A program made the position numbers and the translations under genes. The notes below the pieces were generated by a model, which worked only from the letters and a program-made list of their open reading frames with translations, did not search any database and had not been told where the DNA came from. Positions 49,095-58,786 of a stretch of 64,000 nucleotides of DNA are shown one piece after another. Positions within the stretch are counted from its first letter, which is position 1; each line of letters starts with the position of its first letter. Location of the stretch: assembly GCA_963675595.2 (NCBI GenBank), contig CAXXLZ010000002.1:2048001-2112000 (forward strand), written 5' to 3'. This DNA comes from Thermodesulfobacteriota bacterium (GTDB taxonomy: Bacteria; Desulfobacterota; Desulfarculia; JACQYL01).

Positions 49095-51169
49095 ATCCTC
49101 CATGCCTTGCGTCAGTTCCAACATGGATTGGTTGGCCTGAACCACGATCCGGTTGGCTTCCTTCATGATGGTGTCGGCCTGTTGCGCATGTTCCGAGTTC
49201 TGTTTCGTCATGGAGGAAATCTCCTCAATGGATGAGGAGGCCTCCTGAATCGCCGCAGCCTGCTGTGACGTTCCCTCCGCCAGAGACTGCCCTGCCGACG
49301 ACACCTGATCGGAGGAAGACGACACCTGTCCCACACTTTCGGCGAAGCCGGCAATGATGCGGCCGATGGGCCCCGTGATGGAGCGGACGGTATACATGCC
49401 CATCAGAACACCGATCGCAACGGCGGCGATCAAAATATAGAGGAATATGGAAAGGCTGGACACCGCTTTGTTGATGTTACGGTCGATGCTCTCATAGGCG
49501 GCTTGCCTGAATGTCTCCGCTTGCTGACCCAGTTTGGCCGCATCCCGATCCATCTCCTGCACGGCCGAACTTATTTTGTCGTTGATACCAACGATGGCCG
49601 ACACTCCTTGATAATATTCCGATAATAATGTCCCAAGTTCCTCCCTTTTGGAAGCAGGTAATCCGAACGACTCCATTTCATCTTGAAACTCTTCTATTCG
49701 CTTAGCGATTGCTTCCACGTACTTCTTATCACCACGCAAAAGATAATCCTTCTCATGTCGTCGGCACATAAGAATCAATACATGCAACTCGGCGATTCCA
49801 AAGGTCTCGATCAGTTCTTCCACACGATGAGATGCCTCCCTCAGGCTACCTTGTATGCCTTCATTGTATTTCAGTCCGCGCTGCGTCCACAGCTCCACCA
49901 CCTTGCTCAGGTTGGCTCGGTAGTCGTCGATCAACTTAATCGCGGTTTGACATTGACCGCGGAGCTCTTCTTCCCTGGTCTCATCGTGTATATTCATCAG
50001 TAAGGTACTCGCTTCATCCAGATGCCGGTTCGCGATATCGAGAGCCTCCGGATTTTTGTCCAACAGGAACCCCTTTTCCTCCAAACGTGCATTTTTCAAG
50101 TCGGCGAAGATTTGGTTCACCTTTTTCAGGAGCGGAACATCCGTCGTTGAAATCAACGTGGTTCGTTGTGCGGCCTCACGTGACACATACCAACCTACTC
50201 CGGTGGCCAGAGCAGTGACGACGATCATTACACCGAATCCCGCAATCAGCCTTTGTGTGATATTCATCTTGTCCTCTTCCCTGTCCCGGTTCATCGTTGA
50301 CCCACACGCACAAGAAATCGTGGAATTCTTGTTCCGTGCTCGAAATGCCGCCCTTCCGCCGTCCGATCTCAGCTCGCGAGATCAACCCCCGAATGAACGG
50401 TGCCTTTGAATTGGAGAAATGATGATGCCAAGAGGTGATTTGAACGACCGATAAGCACGCCCTCAACCGATCATGAGTTTCACAGCGGGCTCATCCGGCA
50501 GTCGAATCGCCCGTGATCCGTTCCGAAATGGAATCATCATGGGCAAAGGGAAGAAACGATCAGATGCAACTTGAAGCGGTGGTTTACGAGAGGAGCGTGA
50601 GTCTGAACAATCCGGCCCGGGCGTCTTCATGGTCCCGACACCACGACGATGGTCCGTCGAGCATTCGGCCACGTCCGTCCTAATACAACTTTTGTGAATG
50701 GTGGAAATTCCCTTCCGAAACCAACCCCGGCCGGTTCGTCCGGGAACGGCCCGGAATGCTCGGATACCGAAAGCCGCCGATGTACTCCGGCATGGCTTCA
50801 ACTTCCCCCCGTTGTTCTCCTATCTGAAGTCCGGCGCAATTTCCAGGCGTTACTGCCGGAAATTGTGTATGAAAGCCAAGAAGATAATGCCGTTTCCATT
50901 AAACGCCGCGTCTGGGAAAATTTCAACTCAAAATTGCATTACCCCATAGGGAAAAGGGCGGCGGGAAGGCAAGATTGCAGGCAAGAAAACGATAGACAGG
51001 CAAAAGGGAAAATCGAAGGCCCGCCCGGAGGGCATATTCCAGAAAACACGCCGGGCGACTATCGGTGGGTTTACAGGCGGGCGGCTTTCCGGCCGTTGCC
51101 GCAACAGTCTCCAAATCGGCCCGCCGTCTCGTGTCGCCACAAACAAGGCGGGCCCGATGGTCGAAATCC

Positions 51170-51295
51170 AACGGCCCGTTGAAAATGTCGGATTATTGCA
51201 GTCTGTTGAGAAATGACGAGATGCAAGGGCGCACATCCCGAGAAACGAGGCGTACATGGAAGTACGTCGCAAACCGCGTCTTTCAACGGTCTGCT
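51170..51295. repeat. ~125-bp MITE-like element with terminal inverted repeats
   Basis: AACGGCCCGTTGAAAA ... CTTTCAACGGTCTGCT; internal GCGTAC-N-GTACGT hairpin; related ends at 57331 and 58689. Confidence 0.55.
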
Positions 51296-52022
51296 AAGCG
51301 GCCTTTCCACCCCTCCTCAAGAAGAAGACACCCGCCGCGCCCAGCAGCAGCGCGAAGCAACCCACCCCCCACGGTGTCACCGTGGGCACGGTTGCGGGCA
51401 CGAACTTCTCCGCCGCCACGCTTGCAGGGGGTTCGTAATCCCGGACCGCCCAGACATAATCCGGACCGCCGGTCTTGTCCTCGTGGTCCAGACTGCAGCT
51501 TCCGATGCTGACATCCCAGGCTTGAGTCGTGTCATTAGCGTACGTGGAGGACGACCAGTACCAATTCGTGGCCACATTGGTGAACGGATGTCCGGACGGC
51601 AAGGCCGGGTTGATCTCACCGTAATCGAGCAGGCTGATCAGTTCCTTGCGGTTGGGAAGCCGCCAATCGGTGTGATGAGAGCCTTCGTTGCCCACGTCCT
51701 CGCAGTCGTTTCCGTTCATGGTGCCGGTGGTGTTCAGCTCATCGATGTAGGTGAAGGCCCCCAACCAATCCACTTGGTTTTGGGCGCAGTCGGCGTTCCT
51801 GAGCCACATCAGGTTCGTCAGATGATCGATAATCGTGCCGTCGCCGTTGTCCGTGAATCTGGGAGACGGCCACGCTTTCCCCAGCTGATTGTCGCCGTCG
51901 TCTCCGCTCGTATAGACCGTGCTTTGCCCCGTCTTCCAGAGATCGACGGCCGCATGGGAGTCAATCGAAAATGAGCAAAGCATCAAACCGCAAATGAGTA
52001 CCGCCGGAAACGTTCTCAGCAT
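51294..52022 (-). CDS. Secreted DUF1566 (Lcl C-terminal-like) protein with IPTL-CTERM-like sorting tail
   Basis: Signal peptide; RFTDNGDGTIIDHLTNLMW, DWRLPN..EL, YWSSS, YVWAVR; tail VPTVTPWG + TM + RR. Confidence 0.85.
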   Translation of the reverse strand: MLRTFPAVLICGLMLCSFSIDSHAAVDLWKTGQSTVYTSGDDGDNQLGKAWPSPRFTDNGDGTIIDHLTNLMWLRNADCAQNQVDWLGAFTYIDELNTTGTMNGNDCEDVGNEGSHHTDWRLPNRKELISLLDYGEINPALPSGHPFTNVATNWYWSSSTYANDTTQAWDVSIGSCSLDHEDKTGGPDYVWAVRDYEPPASVAAEKFVPATVPTVTPWGVGCFALLLGAAGVFFLRRGGKAA

Positions 52023-52142
52023 CTCCCTCTCCTTGTCTTGTATCCTTCTCCTCCGGTCTGATCGGACCGTCGAAAATGCAGTCCGCAGCGTCGCGCTTCA
52101 GTCCCCGCCCGTCATCAAGGTGCGTAATGTCCGTGCGCGCGA

Positions 52143-52781
52143 CTATTGTCCGCCGCCCCGCACCGCCCAATAGTATCGTGAGGTGGACGCCTTGTCCTCA
52201 TGGCGAATACGGCCCTCGGTGATCTGCACCGTCCAGGCGTGCTCCCGGTCGTCGCCCGCGTCCGTCTGATAGGTGGTGGACGACCAGTAGCGCTCAACGA
52301 AACCGCCCACGTTATAGGGCACGTTGGTGAAGCCCCGGGTGTTGAGCCATTGACCGATATTGGGTTGGCTCAAGTCGAGCAGGCTTACCAGTTCGAGCAC
52401 ATTGGGAACGCGCCAGTCGGTTTGATGGGAGCCCCCGTTACTGGTGTCGTTGCAGTTGTTCCCGTTCATGGTGCCCGACGTGTTCAACTCATTGACATAG
52501 GTAAAAGCCGTCGGCCAGTCTCCGGTGGACTGCGCGCAATTTCCGTTTTTCAGCCAGATGCGGTTGGTCAGGTTGTCGGTGACGGTACCGTTCAAGTTGT
52601 CGGTAAAGCGTGGAGAGGGCCAAGCCACGCCTTTCTGCAGTGCGCCGTCGTCGCCCGTGGTGTAGGACTGGGTCTGGCCGGTGGCGGGGAGTTGGATCGA
52701 ATCCTGCGCCCAAAGCGGTGAAGCCAACAAAAGAACAGCCAGTGAAACGATCGGAAAAAGCATCCGGATTCGTAGATTCAT
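52143..52781 (-). CDS. Secreted DUF1566 protein, paralogue without an anchor
   Basis: Signal peptide ending PLWA; TGQ..GDDG, RFTDNLNGTVTDNLT, DWRVPN, YWSSTT, YWAVR. Confidence 0.85.
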   Translation of the reverse strand: MNLRIRMLFPIVSLAVLLLASPLWAQDSIQLPATGQTQSYTTGDDGALQKGVAWPSPRFTDNLNGTVTDNLTNRIWLKNGNCAQSTGDWPTAFTYVNELNTSGTMNGNNCNDTSNGGSHQTDWRVPNVLELVSLLDLSQPNIGQWLNTRGFTNVPYNVGGFVERYWSSTTYQTDAGDDREHAWTVQITEGRIRHEDKASTSRYYWAVRGGGQ

Positions 52782-53102
52782 TGTTCTCCTCGCCGTTGAA
52801 GTTGAAAGCAGCATCGGTCCGGTTATGGAGTTCCCGGAGAACCGTCGAAACGATCGGCCGACTAAAGGGACAACTGGGCAGTACTATGGATAATTTCGAT
52901 CATCATTGGTCCGGGAAGGCGGTACGGCATCAAATAATAGACAAGAAAGGCGAGGAAGTCCAAGGAAATATAGGGAAGCAATGCCGATGATGGGAAAACG
53001 TTTTTCGCGTCCCGCCGGATTCGGGAGCACTCACCCCTCACAGCCGGCGGATCGACCGGGGCGCCGGATTTCGGGCCGGCGATTGTCAAAAAGAATTCTC
53101 TT

Positions 53103-54467
53103 TTATGCCTTACGCATTTTCCTTGCCGAGCCCCATGCCTGAGCGGCGGCTTGGGCCGGGTCCCAGGGAGCGCCCAAGGGAGGCGTGTAGCTCAAATCCA
53201 GGTCGTTGAGCGCCTCCACATCCATTCCGTGAAACAGGCACGCGGCGAACACGTCGATACGCTTGGCGATTTCACTCTCCCGACGGCCCAAGAGCTGTAC
53301 GCCCAACAACCGGCCGGTTTCCCGGTCCCCCGTCAACCGGATCTGCAGATTCCGGGCTCCCGGATAATACGCTTTGTGGTCCGGGCATTCGGTTTCCACG
53401 GTCAACGGGCGCCAACCGGCCACCGATGCCTCGGATTCCATCAGTCCGGTTCGGGCGGCCACCAGGTCGAACACCTGCACTACCTGGGTCCCCAGGGACC
53501 CCGCGAATTCACGGGCGCCTCCGGCGGCGTTCTCCCCGGCCACCCGACCCTGCTTATGGGCCGTGGTCCCCAAAGGCAGATACACGGGCTTTTCCAGTAT
53601 TCGGTGATACGCCTCCACACAGTCGCCCGCGGCGTAGACTCCGGGTAGTCCGGTCTCCATACGTCGATTCACGCGAACCGCCTTCGCCGCTCCCAAATCC
53701 GCACCGGCTTGGGCCGCCAATTCGCTGTTGGGACGAGCGCCCACGGCGACCAGGACCATGTCCGCTTCCACGCGCCTGTTCCGTTCGTCCAATACCACGA
53801 GCCTCTCTCCGGAGCGTTCCACCCCTTTGGGCGTCATCCCTTGGACCGGCCGCACGCCGTGCTTTTCCAATTCTTCATCCACCAGACGGGACAGAGACGG
53901 GTCCAGGGTTTTTCTCAAGGTCCCGGAACGCTGAATCAACGTGACTTGAATGCCTCTGCGCGTCAGGGCGTCGGCGGTCTCCAGGCCGATATAGCCCGAA
54001 CCGATAACCGCCGCGGAACGGGGAGAGCGTTCCTTCAGAAAGTTCAGACAGGCAAGGCCGTCTTCCATCCATCGCAGAAAAAAGACGCCGGGCAGATCGA
54101 GGCCTTCCACGGGCGGTTTCACGGAGAGGGCCCCGGTGGCCAGGATAAGCCGATCATAGGGCAGGTCGAAGTTCCCTCCGTCCGCGTCGGACACCGTCAC
54201 GGTTCGGCGCGTCGCGTCCACCGACCGGGCTTTGCACCCGAGACGCAAACGCATCCCGGTGGCCTCGAGTTCCTCCCGGGTGCGGTGCGCCAATGACCTC
54301 CAGTCGGTCACCTCTCCGCTGAGCAGAAACGGCAATCCGCAAATACTGAAATTGGGGAACCGGTCCGACACCAGGACCGTGACTTCCATATCCGGACGAA
54401 GCTCCAGACTACGCAACGCCGCGCTGATGCCGGCGTCGCTTCCTCCGATGACCACGAGTCGATCCAT
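53103..54467 (-). CDS. CoA-disulfide reductase / NADH oxidase-like flavoprotein
   Basis: IGGSDAG, single-Cys NFSICGLP, ATGA, GSGYIGLE, YAAGDC, DLSYTPP. Confidence 0.88.
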   Translation of the reverse strand: MDRLVVIGGSDAGISAALRSLELRPDMEVTVLVSDRFPNFSICGLPFLLSGEVTDWRSLAHRTREELEATGMRLRLGCKARSVDATRRTVTVSDADGGNFDLPYDRLILATGALSVKPPVEGLDLPGVFFLRWMEDGLACLNFLKERSPRSAAVIGSGYIGLETADALTRRGIQVTLIQRSGTLRKTLDPSLSRLVDEELEKHGVRPVQGMTPKGVERSGERLVVLDERNRRVEADMVLVAVGARPNSELAAQAGADLGAAKAVRVNRRMETGLPGVYAAGDCVEAYHRILEKPVYLPLGTTAHKQGRVAGENAAGGAREFAGSLGTQVVQVFDLVAARTGLMESEASVAGWRPLTVETECPDHKAYYPGARNLQIRLTGDRETGRLLGVQLLGRRESEIAKRIDVFAACLFHGMDVEALNDLDLSYTPPLGAPWDPAQAAAQAWGSARKMRKA

Positions 54468-54487
54468 GCCTCACTCCGGCCCACGGT

Positions 54488-54940
54488 TTACTTCAGGGTT
54501 TCAACCCACTCTTCCACCCGGGCCTTGATTTCGTCCCTGACGTGCCGGGTCTGTTCCAACACCTCTTCATGGGTGCCTTGAAACCTGGAGGGGTCGGCAA
54601 AGGATCGATGAATCCTCGAGGCGATGCCGGGAAATACGGGGCACTCCCCCTCCGCTCCGTCATCGCATACCGTGATCACGTGGTCGAAGAGCCTGCCCTG
54701 CTTGAAGAACTCGAAAACGCTTTTTGATCTGTTTTTCGACAAGTCGTATCCGATTTCCTTCATGACCTCGATGACTACCGGATTCACGGGGCCGGGTTCG
54801 AAACCCGCGCTCTCCGCCACAAACCTCCCTTTCCCGAGGGCGTTCATGAACGCTTCCCCCATCTGGCTCCTGGCCGAGTTGTGCGTGCAGATGAACAATA
54901 CCCGAACTCCGTCTTTCATGCGTTCCTCCACAATATCCAC
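54488..54940 (-). CDS. arsC: Thioredoxin-coupled arsenate reductase (LMW-PTP fold)
   Basis: P-loop CTHNSARSQ, TVCDD...ECPVFPG, FADP; start may be 54919. Confidence 0.88.
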   Translation of the reverse strand: MDIVEERMKDGVRVLFICTHNSARSQMGEAFMNALGKGRFVAESAGFEPGPVNPVVIEVMKEIGYDLSKNRSKSVFEFFKQGRLFDHVITVCDDGAEGECPVFPGIASRIHRSFADPSRFQGTHEEVLEQTRHVRDEIKARVEEWVETLK

Positions 54941-54980
54941 GTTTCAATAGAGAAGACCGGCGCCGGCTTTTGAAGGGTTT

Positions 54981-55484
54981 TTATCGGCCTCGGTCTTTCG
55001 CCTGCATCAACCACTCTTTGATCTTGGCTTTGGTGGGCGCTCGTCCCACGCACATCACCTTTCCGTCGACGACCAGAGCCGGCGTTCCCATAACCCCGTA
55101 ACGGGCGATCTCACGGATGTCCCGCACGTGATCGACCGACGCCTCGATCCCCAATTCCTGAACCACTTCCATGACGTCGCGTTCGATCCGATCGCATTGC
55201 GCACACCCTTGTCCCAGGACTTCCACCACCGGATGCCCCGACAACGCATCCTCGCAAGATTCCCCGTGGAATTTCAGAAATTCCCGGTAAACGGCGTCTC
55301 GGTATTCCTCCTCGGCCGCCGCCGGGACATAGTTCTTCTCCTTCAGCGCGGCCAACAGGGCCGATTCGATTTCCGATCGTGGGCTTTCCTTCAGGGAGGG
55401 GCCCAGAGACTCCAGAATTTCCGTGAAGCCGGTCAGTCCCACGACGGCGTTTCCAATGCGTACCCGTTTCACCGACAAGGCCAA
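54981..55484 (-). CDS. Two-domain protein with a C-terminal MTH895-like thioredoxin domain (TTG start)
   Basis: EVLGQGCAQC...YGVMGTPALVVDG; GAGGGAG RBS before TTG 55484. Confidence 0.8.
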   Translation of the reverse strand: MALSVKRVRIGNAVVGLTGFTEILESLGPSLKESPRSEIESALLAALKEKNYVPAAAEEEYRDAVYREFLKFHGESCEDALSGHPVVEVLGQGCAQCDRIERDVMEVVQELGIEASVDHVRDIREIARYGVMGTPALVVDGKVMCVGRAPTKAKIKEWLMQAKDRGR

Positions 55485-55530
55485 GTACGATCTCCCTCTG
55501 AAGCTAATAGTTGCGGAGTGCAGCCTAATC

Positions 55531-55559
55531 TTGTCACAAACTCGTCTTTTTTGTGACAA
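55531..55559. promoter_or_regulatory. Perfect 10-bp inverted repeat, candidate operator
   Basis: TTGTCACAAA-N9-TTTGTGACAA ~45 bp upstream of the 55484 start. Confidence 0.45.
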
Positions 55560-55656
55560 AGTCCCCTTTTCTTCCCACAATCGGACCTTCGCCGCGTGGC
55601 CGCGTCCCACAGGGCCGCCCGGGGATCGAACTCGCCCGGTCGGCCTCAATCGGTCG

Positions 55657-56052
55657 TCATTTCAGGCCCATTTCCCGCAGCTTCTTCTCGATGAAATACC
55701 GGTCCAGGAAGCCTTCAAACCGGTAACGTTCCTTTCCCGAAGCATCGAAAAAAACCAGCGTGGGAATCGTACGGATACGGTACTCTTTCGCGAGATTCCG
55801 ATGCTTGCCCACGTGCACGAAATCGATGAAGGCCCGGTCCTTGTATTTTTCCTTCAGGTCGCGGATGACGGGTCGGAGCATCTTGCAGGGTATGCAGTTG
55901 TCGGCCCCGAAATCCAGCAGCGTCACCATGCCGGGAACCGGAAGTTCGGGCGGATTTTCTTGGGCACCGGAGCCGGACACCTGCAGGAACAGAACAAAAC
56001 AAACCCACAGAAAGATCGTGACCGGCCGTTTCGGATTCTTATTCCCACGCAT
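55657..56052 (-). CDS. Exported thioredoxin-family protein
   Basis: Signal-like N-terminus; DFGADNCIPCK; IRTIPT cis-Pro loop. Confidence 0.87.
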   Translation of the reverse strand: MRGNKNPKRPVTIFLWVCFVLFLQVSGSGAQENPPELPVPGMVTLLDFGADNCIPCKMLRPVIRDLKEKYKDRAFIDFVHVGKHRNLAKEYRIRTIPTLVFFDASGKERYRFEGFLDRYFIEKKLREMGLK

Positions 56053-56064
56053 GTCGGGTCCTCG

Positions 56065-56784
56065 TCAGGGTTCGAACCCTCCGTCCACAAAAGGCCGTGC
56101 AATGAAGTAGATGCCCATGATCCCGATGACCACCCCGGCCAGTCGCCGAAACCAAATACCGGCGGTGATGAAACGCTCGCTTTCCAGCAGCCGCCCGACC
56201 CCGGCGGTGAAGCTGCCCGCCACGGCAATGGGGATGCAATGGCCGATGCCGAACAGAAGGATCAGGACCAGTCCCGTGACAATCTTCTCCTGGACCGTAA
56301 TGACCGCCAGAATGGGCGCGATGAAACCGAAGGTGCACGTGCCCGACAGGACACCATAGGCCAGCCCCAGCAGGAAGGCGCCTCCCATCCCCCGAAACCG
56401 AAGCGATCCCATCCGGTTGCCGCTCATCAGGGACCCCGTCAAACCAAGCATGTCCAGGGCGATCCACACGAGTAAGGCCCCCAGGAGAAGGGTCCAGTAG
56501 GGGCTCACTTCGCCCAGCATACGGCCCAGCACAGAACAGATCACCCCCACCACGGCAATGGTGATGAAGAGGCCTACGGTGAACACGCCGGCGTAACCGG
56601 CGGCTTTCCTCGCGTCGGGAATTCTTTCCTGCCCGGCCACATAGGTCACGATGAGAGGAATGGAGGCCAGATGGCAGGGGCTGAGCACCACGCTGATGAC
56701 TCCCCACAGAAAGCATCCCAGGGCCGCGGCAAGGGTGCCGCCGGTCATCCACTGGTGCACCGTCAAAAAAAACGATTCAAACAT
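56065..56784 (-). CDS. CcdA-type transmembrane electron carrier
   Basis: LSPCHLASIP, GTCTFGF, multiple TM helices. Confidence 0.87.
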   Translation of the reverse strand: MFESFFLTVHQWMTGGTLAAALGCFLWGVISVVLSPCHLASIPLIVTYVAGQERIPDARKAAGYAGVFTVGLFITIAVVGVICSVLGRMLGEVSPYWTLLLGALLVWIALDMLGLTGSLMSGNRMGSLRFRGMGGAFLLGLAYGVLSGTCTFGFIAPILAVITVQEKIVTGLVLILLFGIGHCIPIAVAGSFTAGVGRLLESERFITAGIWFRRLAGVVIGIMGIYFIARPFVDGGFEP

Positions 56785-56841
56785 GGGCGGCCCTTTCAAG
56801 GAGACAATTCACCGCCGGCTTTTCGCCGTAGTCCGCCGCGA

Positions 56842-57261
56842 TCACTTCGCATTCTCCGCGGTCGAGGAGTCCGGACGCGGGACGCCCATGTCGTCCAGAC
56901 GCTTGACGATGCTTTCCTTGTCCATGAAACCCACATGACGATAGACTTCATTCCCGTCTTTGTCGAAAAAGACCTGGGTCGGAATCCCACGAATTCTGTA
57001 TTGACGCGCCAAGTCCGAATTGTAGCGAATGTCAACCAGAATGACGGCGGCCCTGCCCTTGTATTCGGCGTGAAGCTCTTTCATGATGGGCTCCATCATT
57101 TTACAGGGAATACAGGTCGCGGCGCCGAAGTCGATCATGTTCACGGTGCCTTTGATGGGCAATTCGTCGAAGCAAAAAGCTTGATCCCATGAAATCAGGA
57201 ATCCGGCCAATATCAGCATGAAGACGAGGCCCAGTTTGCTTCTATTGGATTGAAACACCAC
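56842..57261 (-). CDS. Exported thioredoxin-family protein (start uncertain)
   Basis: Signal-like stretch; DFGAATCIPCK; IRGIPT; GTG after AAGGAAGGGG. Confidence 0.85.
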   Translation of the reverse strand: MVFQSNRSKLGLVFMLILAGFLISWDQAFCFDELPIKGTVNMIDFGAATCIPCKMMEPIMKELHAEYKGRAAVILVDIRYNSDLARQYRIRGIPTQVFFDKDGNEVYRHVGFMDKESIVKRLDDMGVPRPDSSTAENAK

Positions 57262-57457
57262 TTCCCCTTCCTTTCTTTTTCGATTCGTCATGTAGGGTTC
57301 GTTACGTTCATCTTGAGCCGGCAACCGGCCTTTTTCAACGGGCCGCGAAGTTTTCACGATCGACTTGTTGTCCTTCAAGCCCACGTGCGGCGGACTTCTT
57401 CCGCGGAATGATGAGAAAACCGGACTCCCTGCCTTCCGCGGCGAAGGTCCTTTTCCC

Positions 57458-58663
57458 TCATGCAGGGGCTTTCCCGCGAAACCAGTGGGGAGTCGCCAGG
57501 CAGATTTTCACCAGCATGAGCATGACCGGCACCTCGATGAGCACCCCCACCACCGTGGCCAAGGCCGCGCCGGAAGAAAGCCCGAAAAGCATCACCGCCG
57601 TGGCGATGGCCACCTCGAAATGATTCGACGCTCCAATCATGGCCGAGGGGGCCGCGTCTTCATAGGTCAGCCCCAACCATTTGGCCAAGCCGTAAGCCAG
57701 CCAGAAGATCAGATTGGTCTGAATGAACAGAGGAACGGCGATCCACAGAATGGTTAAAGGATTGGCGGTAATCACGTCGCCCTTGAAGGAGAAGAGCAAC
57801 ACAAGGGTGATGAGCAGGGCCGTGATGGTGACGGGGGTGAGGATGTGAAGGAACTTCTCCTTGAACCAGGTTTCTCCTTTGGCCGCGATGATCCACTTAC
57901 GCGATAGGTAACCCGCGGCCAAAGGCAACGCGACGTAGGCGCCGATGGACAACAGCAGCGCTTCCCAGGGTACCGGAAGACGACCCACCCCCAGAAGAAA
58001 GCCGCCCAACAGACCGTAGAGAAAAAGCATGGTCAAGGAGTTGATGGCTACCATGACCAGTGTGTGACCGTCGTTCCCACGAGCAAGGAACCCCCATACC
58101 AGGACCATGGCCGTACAGGGGGCGATACCCAGCAGGATGCAACCGGCCAGGTAACTCCGCCATAGAGGGACTTGCAGCATCTTCATGCCGTCCACCATTA
58201 CAACCGTCCCCGAGCCGTGCTCAGCTCCCACCGGAAGGTCGAGCCCGAACGGCATTTTCACGTAATCCACCGCTTCGGGGCCGATGAAAGAGTAAAACAG
58301 CGTTCCAAGAAAAAACAACCCAATGGCGTACATGGTGAAGGGTTTGATGAGCCAGTTCACCACCAGGGTCAGTCCCACCGGCTTCACGCTTTTCCCCGCC
58401 CGGATCACTTCCGAGAAATCGATCTTGACCATGATGGGGTACATCATGAAGAACAAGCAGACGGCGATGGGGATGGATACCACGGGAGCCTCCCCCACAC
58501 GAACGGTCAGGCCGTCCAGAAAGCGGGCCACGCCGGGAGCCGATCGGCCGAGCAGGATGCCCCCGAGGATGCACAAAGCCACCCACACGTAAAGGTACCG
58601 TTCGAAAAACGAAAGACCCTTTCCTTTGAGGGATTCGGTGTTACGCCCCGTTTCTCCCGCCAT
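57458..58663 (-). CDS. acr3: Acr3 arsenite efflux transporter
   Basis: [56 protein letters not shown]. Confidence 0.95.
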   Translation of the reverse strand: MAGETGRNTESLKGKGLSFFERYLYVWVALCILGGILLGRSAPGVARFLDGLTVRVGEAPVVSIPIAVCLFFMMYPIMVKIDFSEVIRAGKSVKPVGLTLVVNWLIKPFTMYAIGLFFLGTLFYSFIGPEAVDYVKMPFGLDLPVGAEHGSGTVVMVDGMKMLQVPLWRSYLAGCILLGIAPCTAMVLVWGFLARGNDGHTLVMVAINSLTMLFLYGLLGGFLLGVGRLPVPWEALLLSIGAYVALPLAAGYLSRKWIIAAKGETWFKEKFLHILTPVTITALLITLVLLFSFKGDVITANPLTILWIAVPLFIQTNLIFWLAYGLAKWLGLTYEDAAPSAMIGASNHFEVAIATAVMLFGLSSGAALATVVGVLIEVPVMLMLVKICLATPHWFRGKAPA

Positions 58664-58786
58664 TTCCCTTCCTCCCGGCGTAACAGGCTTTTTTAAACGG
58701 GCTGGTAAGACCATGTGAGGGGTTCCGCTCAGGCCCTACATGGCCGCCATACGAAATGGTTCCCTAAGAGGCCTGCAATCCCGCCG

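Larger units (their letters stand above)
47253..50267 (-). pseudogene. Methyl-accepting chemotaxis protein interrupted by an IS4 element
   Basis: 5' half 50267-49095 (TM1, periplasmic helical sensor, TM2); 3' half 47816-47253 ([31 protein letters not shown]); removing the IS and one TSD restores the frame ...LTQGMEDIFKAS... Confidence 0.93.

Noticed and set aside
50300-51165. c-di-GMP riboswitch, sigma28/sigma54 promoter or small genes upstream of the MCP
   Set aside because: No GEMM-like motif on the coding strand. The best sigma54-like match (TGGCATCATCATTTC, about 50416-50430) lacks the -12 GC. The ORFs here overlap on both strands with no motifs.
51294-52781. Diversity-generating retroelement, since DUF1566 domains are known DGR targets
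   Set aside because: No reverse transcriptase or Avd gene and no template repeat in the window. The two C-termini differ at all base types and by indels, not specifically at adenines. A remote DGR cannot be excluded.
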